From: Nemertoderma westbladi
Taxonomy: Eukaryota > Animalia > Xenacoelomorpha
Length of the DNA: 64,000 bases
Assembly: GCA_032718475.1 (NCBI GenBank)
Contig: JAUCBJ010000505.1
Location: forward strand, 92,006 to 156,005
Reading direction: 5' to 3'
Under the pieces are notes generated by a model that did not search any database, was not told the origin of the DNA, and was given only the letters and a program-made list of their open reading frames with translations. Positions 28,291-39,250 of the stretch are shown piece by piece. The number at the start of each line of letters is the position of its first letter. The stretch's first letter is position 1. Both the position numbers and the translations under genes were made by a program.

Positions 28291-28853
28291 GACCAGGATT
28301 GGATTTTTCGCCGGGATCCCCGTTTTTCGGGATCGGGATCCCGTCCAGGGACCGGGACACCAACCGCGCAACCCCCACTATGTTTACATTAGTAATGCTG
28401 AGGTCAGAGGAATTACGGACAAAATAAGTCTCACAGGGTCAGTAATCTCCTGACCGGCTGCCTGTCTCACCCCCTACTGGAGAGAGAGCGGCCAATAATT
28501 ATGTGAGTCCCTTTCCTGATGACCTTTCGAGCCCAGTAGGGGGCTCCCTACTACCAGTCAGTAGGTTCCCTACTACCAGTCAGTCAGTCAGTAGGGTTCC
28601 CTACTAGGAAGTAGGAACCCTACTGCCACTAAGAAAGTGGGATGAGATATGGGGAAATTGAATTATTATTAATTAAATCTCACAAACACTTTAAAGACAT
28701 AATAATACCGATACCGACAGACCGATACATTTTGATTGGTACCGGTACTGGATCGGTAGTAATGGTACCGATTATTTAAGGTTCAGTAACGGTTGGTATT
28801 CGATAGAAAAACATTCTGAAGACTTTAGTTTTATCTTAGGCCTATAGACTTAC

Positions 28854-29694
28854 CTGCTTCCTAGATAAAGCTTCCTGAATGGCTTTCTTGTCCTGTGATT
28901 TGGATTGATTGAGGAGCTTACTAACGTTTGTGGCCCCATCGACCACGGCTGTCTCTACACCTATTCGGTAGCGAAGATCTTCTAGTCTGGCTTTCACAGC
29001 ATCTGGAGTCAACTCGACCATGGCAATTCCGCCACTGTTGGACTGCCTACGCATCACTAACGCCTCAGATGGATTGACCGCCGCCGTCGTTATTTCCTGC
29101 CTCATCTTCAGTATCTGCATCCGGATGTATTCGATCTTGGACTTTGAGTCAGTAGCCATCTGCTGTGCCTCAGCAAACATCCTGCGGTCCCGTCTTGCAC
29201 CTGATCCGTAGATCGCCAGCATGTTATCTGCACCCTGCTTCACCCGCAGTTCAATGTTAAGTTTCCGTTTGAGGTTAGCAAGTCTAGGATTCACGTTCTC
29301 GTCATTTGGTTCACAATATCCATCTGGACTCTTTGTTCCATCTACCGGGATACTCTCATCAACACCATGGAAGGAAGTCAAAATATAGTTATTAACTTGG
29401 TCTAATTCGATCTGCAATTCCTGGAGTTTCCTATTGGCTTTTTTTACCTGGCCAGTGACATTCTCTAAACTCCTCTTATCAGTGGAAACTTTTCTAAGAT
29501 TTTCGGCGCCTTCTTTTATCTTCAATTCCTTGCGTATTTCACTGCGTATTTCCTCTTGAACTTCTTTCAGTCGAGACATCATAGCAGGGTCATCGAAATT
29601 GATGTCACCTTGACCGGCGTGTAAGCGGTAATAAAACGAACTGGTCTTATCTACCTGTTCAGTAGAGTATCTTCGATCCGAGCTTATATTCATT
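28854..29694 (-). CDS. PKN: PKN coding exon: HR1a, HR1b and start of HR1c Rho-binding repeats
   Basis: 'IRKELKIKEGAENLRKV', 'LNIELRVKQGADNM', 'DSKSKIEYIRMQI'; acceptor ttacAG|A-ATG (AG at 29696-29695); phase-0 donor CAG|GTAAGT (GT at 28853-28852) joins in frame to 21318. Confidence 0.93.
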
Positions 29695-29942
29695 CTGTAA
29701 AGCAGTAGGCCTATAAAGCGGATCAGCAGATACAGATAGCAGATAGGTCAGTCAGTCAGTACAGTACTCAGTAGGTACCAGTATGTCAGAATGTCAGTCA
29801 GTACTGCTGACTGAAGAGCCTAAACTTTGATTATATACTATATATTATATTACTTTTATATGCGAGCATTTATCATTGGAATTGGACCGGATTTAGTCTA
29901 ATCTTCACCCTAACCATTAACAAATAGCCCAAATTGTGACCT

Positions 29943-30920
29943 ATGAAGATGACAACACGAAACTCAAACTCGAGAAATTCTATACCAGGTACCGGTAACA
30001 ACGTTTCAACGCCTAATAACTTGATGAAAGTGAACAAGAGCAAAGTAACTACCGGTCCCGAAAAAGTCAAGGATAAACAGAAATGGACCGCCCTGGCTAT
30101 TGAATGCTCAGACTGTAAAGAAGTTTGGACAGATGTCCAAGTTCCGTCTGGTAAGGTTGCTGAGTTCGAGTCAAGGAGGTTCCTCTGTGGGTTTTGCGCA
30201 TCCAATTCCCAAAAGGACAACCAGATCCTACAAGAGAAATTTGAAAAACTCAATCTAGCAAAAATTCTTCCCTCAGCTGCGACCCAGTCTGACAACAAGC
30301 CTCACAAGCGGACTTTTTCAGAAGTTGTTGGGCGATCAAACCTCTCTGAACCTAGCCATAACGTCGCCCTCCTATCACGACAGGTCCGCAACGAAGAAAA
30401 AGAACAGTTACTGCGTCAGTGCAATGTCCTCATCCGTGGAACAAATCCAAAATCAAGCAACCACGCCGACCTAAACTTAATTGAAGAGATAGCTACAGAT
30501 ATTGACGTCAACATCAACACCTGTGACATTACTGCTAAGAGGGTAGGTAAACCTCAAGGTGAAGCAAATAAAACCCAGAACCTCATAGTTACCCTGCCTC
30601 CTGAAAAACGTCGCGAACTACTATGGAAGTCAAGAAACTTACGGAAAAGTCTGCGATTCAGCCACATATTCATATGTCCTGACTACACACCAGCCGAACA
30701 GAAATTGCGATATGATCTCCGGCAAGAGAAACGGGCAGCTGCTGCAGCCCACCCAGGCAGAGATTGGGTAATACGTAATGGGACCGTGCAAGAACGTACT
30801 ACCACACCTGGCGAAACTGTCCCAGACAACGTTAACCTTAATCCTATTGTTTCACCCGCACCCTCAGTCGAAGATATTACAACTAGTTCCCCCAGGATGC
30901 CTGGCAACACATTGGACTGA
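29943..30920 (+). CDS. LINE ORF1 (degenerate PHD-like Cys cluster + L1-transposase-like domain)
   Basis: 'IECSDCKEVW...FLCGFC', 'RQCNVLIRG', 'KRVGK', 'IFICPDYTPAEQ'. Confidence 0.8.
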   Translation: MKMTTRNSNSRNSIPGTGNNVSTPNNLMKVNKSKVTTGPEKVKDKQKWTALAIECSDCKEVWTDVQVPSGKVAEFESRRFLCGFCASNSQKDNQILQEKFEKLNLAKILPSAATQSDNKPHKRTFSEVVGRSNLSEPSHNVALLSRQVRNEEKEQLLRQCNVLIRGTNPKSSNHADLNLIEEIATDIDVNINTCDITAKRVGKPQGEANKTQNLIVTLPPEKRRELLWKSRNLRKSLRFSHIFICPDYTPAEQKLRYDLRQEKRAAAAAHPGRDWVIRNGTVQERTTTPGETVPDNVNLNPIVSPAPSVEDITTSSPRMPGNTLD

Positions 30921-31004
30921 CTAGCACGTACTGCCACTGGAACGGCGACCCTACAATCTGACAATCCAGTAACTGGCCCAAACAAACAGCCCATAATTGC
31001 TCAT

Positions 31005-34000
31005 ATGCATCCACCGGAGAACACGAAACTATGTACTACATATCCAGACTTTTACAGTTTTCCAGGTAATGGGTTACACATCATCCATGCTAATGTTAGA
31101 AGTCTCCTTCCAAAAATAGCTGAAGTGCGAATTATTTTAAAATCACTCAAGATAGACATTCTAACTCTTTCAGAGACTTGGCTGGATGATTCTGTAACCA
31201 ACAAAGCAGTAGAAGTAATTGGGTACAACTTATTCAGGAATGACAGATCACGTGATGGAGGCGGAGTAGCCATATATGTCTTGGAGTCACATCCTTTCTC
31301 AGAATTCCAACGTCCCATCAGATGTACAACTGAGTGCATATTTGGCACGATCCATCTCCCACACACCAAACCAATACTTATTGGCTCAATATACCGACCT
31401 GAAAGGGATACATATTTTTTCGATGATATTGACCTCATTCTTGGAGATATTGCCAACTACAAAGAGGTATTCATTTTGGGCGATACTAATAGTGATACAC
31501 TTAATGTACATAATCCGAATACATTGGCTGCCAGAAAGAAACTTCAAGCATTCTGCAATTCAACTGGACTCACACAGATAATTACTGAACCAACTCGGGT
31601 ATCTGAACATTCAGAAACAACTATAGACCATGTATTTGTCACAAAATCAGAATTGATTAGAAACAGTGGAGTGATGAAAGTTGGTTTAAGTGACCACTAC
31701 ATGGTTTTTGTTACCCGTAGACGTCCTAAAGCAACTCCCAGTAAAGAACATGTCACCCGTCAATGCCGATCTTACAAAGGTTATTCACCAGAACTTCTTT
31801 GCCACCACCTTAAAAATAACTCTACTTTGCCATCAATTCTGACCACAACTAACTCTGAAACTGCAGCTAAAATTCTCACAGATGAATTAACTAACACACT
31901 TGACCTAATTGCACCAATTAGGAGCATCCGCATCAAGCAATCAACTGAGTCATGGATCACCCCTGAAATCATGTCACTGATTCAGGCTAGAAATAGAGCC
32001 CAACATATTTTCCATCACCATAGAACGCCAACTAACTACAACTCTTACAAACGCCTACGCAACGATGTTACACTACATATTAGAACTGCTAAATCTTCAT
32101 ATATCAAAACCTGTCTGGAACACAATAAATGCAACAGCAAAGAACTCTGGAAAGTACTAAAGTCGCTGGGGGCACCTTCAAAAAAAGCCAAAATCTCGAC
32201 CAGAATAGCAGCCATCAAAACTGAGGATGGTTCCCTGGCTACCGATCCTGAAGTTATTGCAAATCATATGAACCATTATTTTACCAACGCTGCCAAAAAC
32301 CTTGTAGACAAACTACCACCACAACCAAATATTTACAATGGAGTAGCTGTTAAAGAGTTCTATGCTGCAAAAGGAATCCAACCAGGCAGTTTCACCTTGA
32401 AACCCGTAGATCTTTCAGACATCAATAAAATCATTATGAGCCTCGACATCCACAAGAGTAGTGGGCCTGATTCTATTAGTCCAAGAATTATAAAGGATGG
32501 ATGCCCAATTATTGAAAACTACTTAACTCATATTGTGAACTTATCAATAAAATCAGCCGTGTTCCCTGACCCATACAAGGTTGCCAAAGTTGCACCAGCA
32601 TTTAAGAAAGGAATACTAACCCATGACACAAACTTCCGCCCCATATCATTATTAGTCATCATGTCAAAAGTTTTAGAAAAAACTGTGTTCGATCAACTTA
32701 TGCCCTATTTAATATCTAACAACATACTAGATTTACTACAATCCGGCTTTCGACCTGGTCACTCGGTGCAAACCTGCTTAATGTATCTGGACAATATCAT
32801 CCGCGATGCTATGGATTCTGGGAAAATAGTCGGGATGGTTGCCATTGACCTCCAAAAAGCGTTCGACACGGTCGACCACAAAATTCTGCTTCACAAGTTG
32901 AGGTGTATTGGCCTGGATGAACATAGCGTTAACTGGTTCCGATCATACCTATCTGGCAGATCCCAGTTTGTCCAGGTAGGAAACTCTCGTTCTAGAACTC
33001 TTGGAATTGACTGCGGTACTCCTCAAGGAGCCCTACTTGCTGTCCTCTTATTCCTGATCTATATGAACGATTTAGACCTTGCCTTGCCTCCTGTCAAATC
33101 CTTGTTGAAAACAGCATCCCAGACTAACGACGTCAATAATGCCAGCCCAGCCAAAACTGCCTGCCACGAATCCGCCACTGCACTGAAGTATGCTGACGAT
33201 ACCAACCTCATCAAAGCCGGAGACAACTGCGAAGAAATTTCTGCATGCCTTACTGAAACTCTGTCGCGCGTAGCTGATTGGGCAGTTGATAATCGCCTCA
33301 GTATACACCCTGGGAAATTCGAGGTCTTCCTTTTTGGAACGCACCAATGCATTGCATCAGCCGGAAGCCTTGAAGTCTACTACAAAAATAAACTACTCGA
33401 ACCAACAGATACCATAAAGTACTTGGGATACGTGATGGATCCAACCTTATCCGGATCGGAGTCCGCACATAAAATTATACGCAGGGGAAACGCATGTCTC
33501 AAATTCCTTTATCGGAATTCGCAAGTCCTTGACAAACCCCTGCGTCGGTTGCTTTGCAACTCACTGATACAGCCGCTTATAGACTTTTCAGCCCCTTGCT
33601 GGTATCCGAGTGCTGCGAGTCGTCTACGTAATCAAGTCGATGCACTCCAACGCAAGTGCATCAGGTTCTGCCTGGGACTTGACTCTCGAGCGCATATTGG
33701 TGCTGCCCATTTTGTAGATATAAACTGGCTTCCAATTACCGAACGTACCCACCAGATAATATTAACCCACATGTTTAATATCCACGCAAAGACAGCCCCG
33801 GCTTATATGCGCGACATGGTTATTTTTACTGAACCTTCTCACCTCCTACGTAACGGAGCCGCACACGCTTTACTACCCCAGAAACACACGGTAGCAGCCA
33901 CACAGTCGTTCTCCTACCTTGGCCCATATCTGTGGAATAAACTCCCCAATGCGATCAAAGAAATTAGGAGTGTGGAAAGTTTTAAGCATAAGTTAAAGGA

Positions 34001-34049
34001 TCACTTTTTAGAACTTTTATCCACCAATGAATTGTCGTCATATAAGTAA
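31005..34049 (+). CDS. LINE ORF2, intact APE endonuclease + reverse transcriptase (1014 aa)
   Basis: 'HANVRSL', 'LSETWL', 'GGGVAIY', 'LGDTN', 'IDHVF', 'SDHY'; RT 'QSGFR', 'DLQKAFD', 'GTPQG', 'YADD'. Confidence 0.95.
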   Translation: MHPPENTKLCTTYPDFYSFPGNGLHIIHANVRSLLPKIAEVRIILKSLKIDILTLSETWLDDSVTNKAVEVIGYNLFRNDRSRDGGGVAIYVLESHPFSEFQRPIRCTTECIFGTIHLPHTKPILIGSIYRPERDTYFFDDIDLILGDIANYKEVFILGDTNSDTLNVHNPNTLAARKKLQAFCNSTGLTQIITEPTRVSEHSETTIDHVFVTKSELIRNSGVMKVGLSDHYMVFVTRRRPKATPSKEHVTRQCRSYKGYSPELLCHHLKNNSTLPSILTTTNSETAAKILTDELTNTLDLIAPIRSIRIKQSTESWITPEIMSLIQARNRAQHIFHHHRTPTNYNSYKRLRNDVTLHIRTAKSSYIKTCLEHNKCNSKELWKVLKSLGAPSKKAKISTRIAAIKTEDGSLATDPEVIANHMNHYFTNAAKNLVDKLPPQPNIYNGVAVKEFYAAKGIQPGSFTLKPVDLSDINKIIMSLDIHKSSGPDSISPRIIKDGCPIIENYLTHIVNLSIKSAVFPDPYKVAKVAPAFKKGILTHDTNFRPISLLVIMSKVLEKTVFDQLMPYLISNNILDLLQSGFRPGHSVQTCLMYLDNIIRDAMDSGKIVGMVAIDLQKAFDTVDHKILLHKLRCIGLDEHSVNWFRSYLSGRSQFVQVGNSRSRTLGIDCGTPQGALLAVLLFLIYMNDLDLALPPVKSLLKTASQTNDVNNASPAKTACHESATALKYADDTNLIKAGDNCEEISACLTETLSRVADWAVDNRLSIHPGKFEVFLFGTHQCIASAGSLEVYYKNKLLEPTDTIKYLGYVMDPTLSGSESAHKIIRRGNACLKFLYRNSQVLDKPLRRLLCNSLIQPLIDFSAPCWYPSAASRLRNQVDALQRKCIRFCLGLDSRAHIGAAHFVDINWLPITERTHQIILTHMFNIHAKTAPAYMRDMVIFTEPSHLLRNGAAHALLPQKHTVAATQSFSYLGPYLWNKLPNAIKEIRSVESFKHKLKDHFLELLSTNELSSYK

Positions 34050-35383
34050 CTTATAATTTTTTACCATCTATATTTTATATTTTATATCATTTGACCTTCC
34101 ACATTAACTCAAACAAAAGATTGAAGATCCATTTTTAGAATTTTTATTTAATAGTAAATGTTTTATATTTTTGATTTATACATTATTTTAGAATTTTTAT
34201 CCTGCACGAGAGCACGACCTTATACCTTTTATTCTAAACCCCAATCTACAGGACCCCTGTGGAAATGAGACTATGTCTCTCAGGGTAATCCTGGACAAAC
34301 AAAGCTTACACTATGACGATTCAGAACTATTTACTCTACTCTGCCGTGCAATTACTGCTCTATACTGTATAAAATATATTATAATTTTTAATTATTTTTG
34401 CATTCCCAAATATGGTGCGTCACCTTAACCTTCTTAATTTTTCGGTATATTTCTGAATTTATCACCTCTTTTTTTTTTAACTTTTATACACTTGCCTAAC
34501 CGAAACACGTTTTTAGCCTGACAGAATTATATAATTGTTTAATTTGAACTACAAACCGAAAGAAAATAATTGTATCTAATTTAATTTATGTACGTAATTT
34601 GCACTCTGCCTTACCATACAGTATATAATTTTCTTAATGGTTGTGTTTATATCTACTTATATGTCGGTATGTCTATACTTTACTTCGTTTGTCAAATAAA
34701 TAATTCCAATTCCATTCTACCGGCACCGGATACAAATAGGTATACAAATACAAACTTTACCCAATATCAATTCCACCCAACTTCAGCAGTTCAGTGTTTA
34801 GTTTACAGGTTTAGGCGTATCCATACACTGTAACATAATAACTCAGACAATTGCATAATTTAATAGACTTAGTTTAGCATGGTAATTATTCATTCACATT
34901 CATTATTAATTATTTTTAATATAATTATTAATAATTAATTATTACTACAGTATTAATATGTGTATTACATATATGAACAGACCCTTAGAGTTGCAATTAA
35001 GGACTGTGATCAGTTAACATAAACATACAGTATTAACCTTATTACATTATGTTACTTTACTTCAGTTTCCGTTCTTAGTTACTGCATTACTAAAATTACA
35101 TGTACGCATTGTACATGTACGTAAATAGTTATTAGATAGATAAATTTCGCAATGAAATGTTTTATTCCAAATTTGAACTAGTGAAATATACTGCAGGCAT
35201 ACATTACAATTTTAAATATAAATTTTTTAACGTTCATAACGTCACACTTGTTTTAAACAACTGATCAACATTTTTGACAAACATACGATTAGGACTGTTT
35301 TACTATAATCTAATACGTTACTCAAATACTCTCACTGTATATCTATAATAATACAGTAATTATAATAGAACAACAAACCTTAC

Positions 35384-35445
35384 CGTATTATTTTATTTCT
35401 TCTTATAATAATGTCCAATGCCATAACTAGGCTTAGTAGGCTTTC
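35384..35445 (-). CDS. PKN: Probable first coding exon of PKN (62 nt; ATG at 35424 encoding MALDIIIRRNKII-R)
   Basis: Acceptor tatatttacAG| and donor CG|GTAAGG; the phase-2 end CG plus A (29694) gives CGA, in frame with the next exon. Confidence 0.55.
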
Positions 35446-35597
35446 CTGTAAATATAGAAATAAATTATTAATATTGACTTGCGGCGAGGTGTCCGATAAT
35501 TTGCGGCGAAATGGCATTCACAGTGAGACACCTCGCCGCAAGACACCTCGCCGCACATTATCTGCGGCGAGATGACTTGCGGCGATGACTTGATGAC

Positions 35598-36200
35598 TTA
35601 GTAATAAACATACTGTATATACTTATACAATAGCTCATTGAAGTACAGTACTTGCCACGTAGCAATATTCAATGTGGGCAAAATGCAGGTCTCACATATC
35701 AGTTCATCACCCCGAATCTCGTGTTGCGTTTTATTCACACAACTTTTATGATCCAACCACTTCGTGCAAACGGGGTGTAAATGCTACGCCGTAACGCCGG
35801 AAAAACCAACGCCGACAACCATGATTAAAGCTAATTAATGTAATTTATTAATTGAGGGAAAGGAACAGGTTACAGTGGAAGGTTGTTCTAACCAAAACAA
35901 TAAACGAGAGTCACGAACTTAGGTTAGATTTTCATATTTGCTGTTGTCGGAAGTGGTTGCCGGTTGTCGGCGTAGTGTTTACACCCGTGCAAACGCTACA
36001 TCCTATCCATTCAATTGCTCCAAGGTCTGTCTGTAGCATTCCCGACACAAGAGTAGCAAAAAGAACAATGCTGGCAGGCTGGACAGCGTGGAAATGGTTT
36101 AGTTTCGCTGTCGGTTCTCCTTTTATCAATTTTTTGTTTGTGTATCGATAATGCAGAGGTTGTTGTGTATTTCTTATCGCATAAATTACATTCCACTACG
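35598..36200 (-). pseudogene. Disrupted C2H2 zinc-finger + PHD-finger coding remnant, probably transposon-borne
   Basis: 'CNLCDKKYTTTSALSIHKQKI'; after removing the MITE at 35773-35986 the frame reads 'IEWIGCSVCTKWLDHKSCV...LICETC'. Confidence 0.6.
35773..35986. mobile_element. Mutator-type MITE
   Basis: TIRs gggtgtaaatgctacgccg / cggcgtagtgtttacaccc; 9-bp TSD gtgcaaacg (35764-35772, 35987-35995). Confidence 0.82.
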
Positions 36201-36913
36201 TTTTTAATCGTCTCATTACTGCTCCCATGTAACTACCATGAGAAAAATAAGGCCCCTTTAAGGCTCTTTAAAGTATTGAATTAACAAAACCTGCTACTGT
36301 ATTAATAGTATTATGTACCGGTATTGGCATTGGCTATTATTACTGGTGCTTCAATTCTTAATAATTTGATTTGCTGTACTGTACCTTAACCTTCTGTTCC
36401 GCCTGACGCATGACTGCTTTCCTTTCGGTATATCTTGTATAATGAAACAGACAAGGCTGCAAAGGTAGGGTGATAATAATGAATACAGATCGAGATCCTG
36501 AGATATGGAATAATGGTAACCTGAACTTTTTCATGTTAACAATATTCCATTCCCATTGACTCTGTGTTAAACAGGATTAACGTGATTGGTTGCTGTTTAG
36601 TAGCAGCTTTCTCCAACCACATTACTTGTTTTATATATATATACAGTATATATATGTTTATTGACTTGCGACGAAACAAAATATTAGTTACGACAACACC
36701 AATACAAATTAATTCTCATTACAAAGTAATAATATACTGCAATACTAATAAGTATTTCAAACTAATTATTATATTTGTTGTCTCAAGTCCATGTAAATAA
36801 TCCACATGAATAGCACAATAAAAATAAATCAAATCTAACTACATATAAATCTAATTCGTACAAAATGTCCTTCAAATATCTAGCTATTAAAACCGGTTTA
36901 TTTAAATTCATAT

Positions 36914-37163
36914 AACTTCGGATGCTACCTAATAAATATTGAACTTCGGATGCTACCTAATAAATATTGAACTTCGGATGCTACCTAATAAATATTGAAC
37001 TTCGGATGCTACCTAATAAATATTGAACTTCGGATGCTACCTAATAAATATTGAACTTCGGATGCTACCTAATAAATATTGAACTTCGGATGCTACCTAA
37101 TAAATATTGAACTTCGGATGCTACCTAATAAATATTGAACTTCGGATGCTACCTAATAAATAT
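36914..37163. repeat. 28-bp perfect tandem repeat (aacttcggatgctacctaataaatattg) x about 9
   Basis: Read directly; units contiguous with no spacers. Confidence 0.95.
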
Positions 37164-37270
37164 ATGACACAGTAAGATATGTATTAAGACACAGTATTGG
37201 GGTACTTCTTCCTAACTGATTCAGTAAACGGACAATCACATATTACATGTTCTTCGGTTTGAATAATATG
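37164..37270 (-). mobile_element. Small LINE ORF2 C-terminal fragment
   Basis: Minus-strand 'IQTEEHVICDCPFTESVRKKY' matches the H-x4-C half of the non-LTR C-terminal CCHC motif. Confidence 0.55.
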
Positions 37271-37379
37271 GTATACAAAATGGAATAATGTGAACTGGAA
37301 AAGCCACGATCTAAGCACCGCCACCAGTGTCTACTGACCTACAGTGTACAGGCTGACAGGTACTGGTATCTATATAGGA

Positions 37380-39104
37380 AGAAGGTACAGAAGGCTCTAT
37401 ATAGGGCCGCTTGCATTCGAGAAAATAAAATTCTGTCCTCAGACAGTTCTGAGGGAATGTTCAAATATGTAAACTCAAAACGGAAAGTTAAATCTGGTAT
37501 ATCCGCTCTTAAGATAAATGGCAAAATTATTATCGATGATGTAACGAGAGCAAATATATTTTCTAGCATTTTTTCAGAAAATTTCACAAAAGATAATCAT
37601 ACAGTGCCTTCCTTTCCCAGAAGAGTTCCACATAATGTTAATAAATGTACTATTGATTTTTCTCCAGATGCTCTTTATTCTGTGCTTAGAAAACTAGATG
37701 GGAAATTGAGTAGAACTCCAGATGGAGTACCCAGTTATATTTTTTCGAAACTTCCAAGGTGCTTATCTATTCCATTATCAGTTATTTTTAATGTATCTTT
37801 CTGCACAAGTGCATTGCCTACAGTTTGGCGCACAGCCTTAATTATACCTTGTTTAAAAAAGATGATCATACTAATCCTTATAATTATTGACCGGTCTCTC
37901 TCACATGTGTCAGTTGTAAGATTATGGAGATTTGCATAAAAAATGAAATCTTAGATTATCTACGTGCAAATAATATTATAAGTAAGGCACAGCATGGTTT
38001 TGTAAAACGTCGTAGCACATGTACACAACTGTTAGAGTGCACCAATAATTGGTTCAAATTATTAGATGATCGTAAGGATGTAGATATAATATACGTTGAC
38101 TGTGCAAAGGCATTCGACTCTGTAGTTCATTCTAAGTTAATTTGTAAACTTTTAAGTTACGGTATTAGTGGTAATTTATTACTTTGGATCAGTGCTTTCT
38201 TATCAAATCGGACGCAAAGTGTGATTGTAGGTACATCTATTTCGGTTCAAACTAATGTCATATCTGGTACTGTGCAAGGAAGTGTTTTGGGGCCATTATT
38301 ATTTTTACTTTACGTAAACGAGTTACCAGAAATATTAGGCAGCAATTACGTTAGTTGTAAATTATTTGCTGACGATCTGAAATTCTACTGTAACTCTTCT
38401 ATGAGTCACCTATTGAGTCTAGCTCTTAAGGATCTGGAATACTGGACTCAGCAGTGGCAGATTAAAATAGCGGCTCATAAATGCTCTGTGCTTCATATCA
38501 GTACAGGTAGAATAGATTGTAATTACAGTAATGAATACCATCTATGTGGTTCTAAATTGAGATATGATACATCTTGTAGGGATCTGGGTATAACTATAAG
38601 TACCGGTAGTGATTTAAAGTTTAACTTATACTTTGGGAGCAGGTGAAGAAGGCGTATAAAATAGTTAATATGATATTCAGATGTTTTCATACTGGTAATT
38701 TAAACGCAATTCTTACTGCCCATAAGTCCTACGTGTGACCTATTCTAGAATACTGTACTCCGGTTTGCTCACCCTTTCACTTTTGTACAATTGATTTAAT
38801 TGAGCGTCTCCAACGGTACTTTACTCGTAGACTTTTTGCCCGCTGTAACTTAGGCCGTACAAGTTATCTAAACAGGCTGCGAATCTTAGAACTACAGCCT
38901 TTAGAAGTACGAAGACATATTTTTGATCTTACAATGACTTACAACATTCTACATCAACTTGTTGATCTACCGCAAGAAATTTTTTTACTTTTGCAAATAC
39001 GGTGCGGTGCAATAGAGGACATTCTTATAAACTTTTTAAACGTTTTACTAGATTAGAGATAACTAAGTATTCCTATTCAAACCGTGTAGTAAGTGTATGG
39101 AACG
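37380..39104 (+). mobile_element. Degenerate truncated LINE RT (CR1/Jockey-group)
   Basis: 'RTPDG', 'QHGFV', 'DCAKAFD', 'VQGSVLGP', 'FADD'; frameshifts at about 37860 and 38640; 3' tail absent. Confidence 0.88.
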
Positions 39105-39250
39105 ATCGATATTGACCTCTTCCCATGCCCGTTGTGGGGTCTGGAGTGATGATATATGGTCTTTTGTTGTTTTCTTTGTAAAGAGTTGGCATTCGGGGCA
39201 AGAGCTTATTATTTTAGAAACAAGTTGATTTAGGTTTGGTATCCAAAAGT
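39105..39250 (-). mobile_element. Gypsy integrase fragment (zinc-binding CxxC and start of core), continuation of the Gypsy at 47107-50208
   Basis: 'FWIPNLNQLVSKIISSCPECQLF...PQRAWEEVNID'. Confidence 0.85.

Larger units (their letters stand above)
29875..34717 (+). mobile_element. Apparently full-length CR1/L2/Crack-group LINE, antisense within a probable PKN intron
   Basis: Intact ORF1 and ORF2; 3' UTR stem-loop at about 34249-34293; AATAAA at 34695 followed by an attcca-type short repeat tail; 5' boundary approximate, no TSD found. Confidence 0.88.

Noticed and set aside
36914-37163. 28-bp repeat array as a CRISPR array
   Set aside because: Units are contiguous with no unique spacers, there are no cas genes, and the context is eukaryotic.
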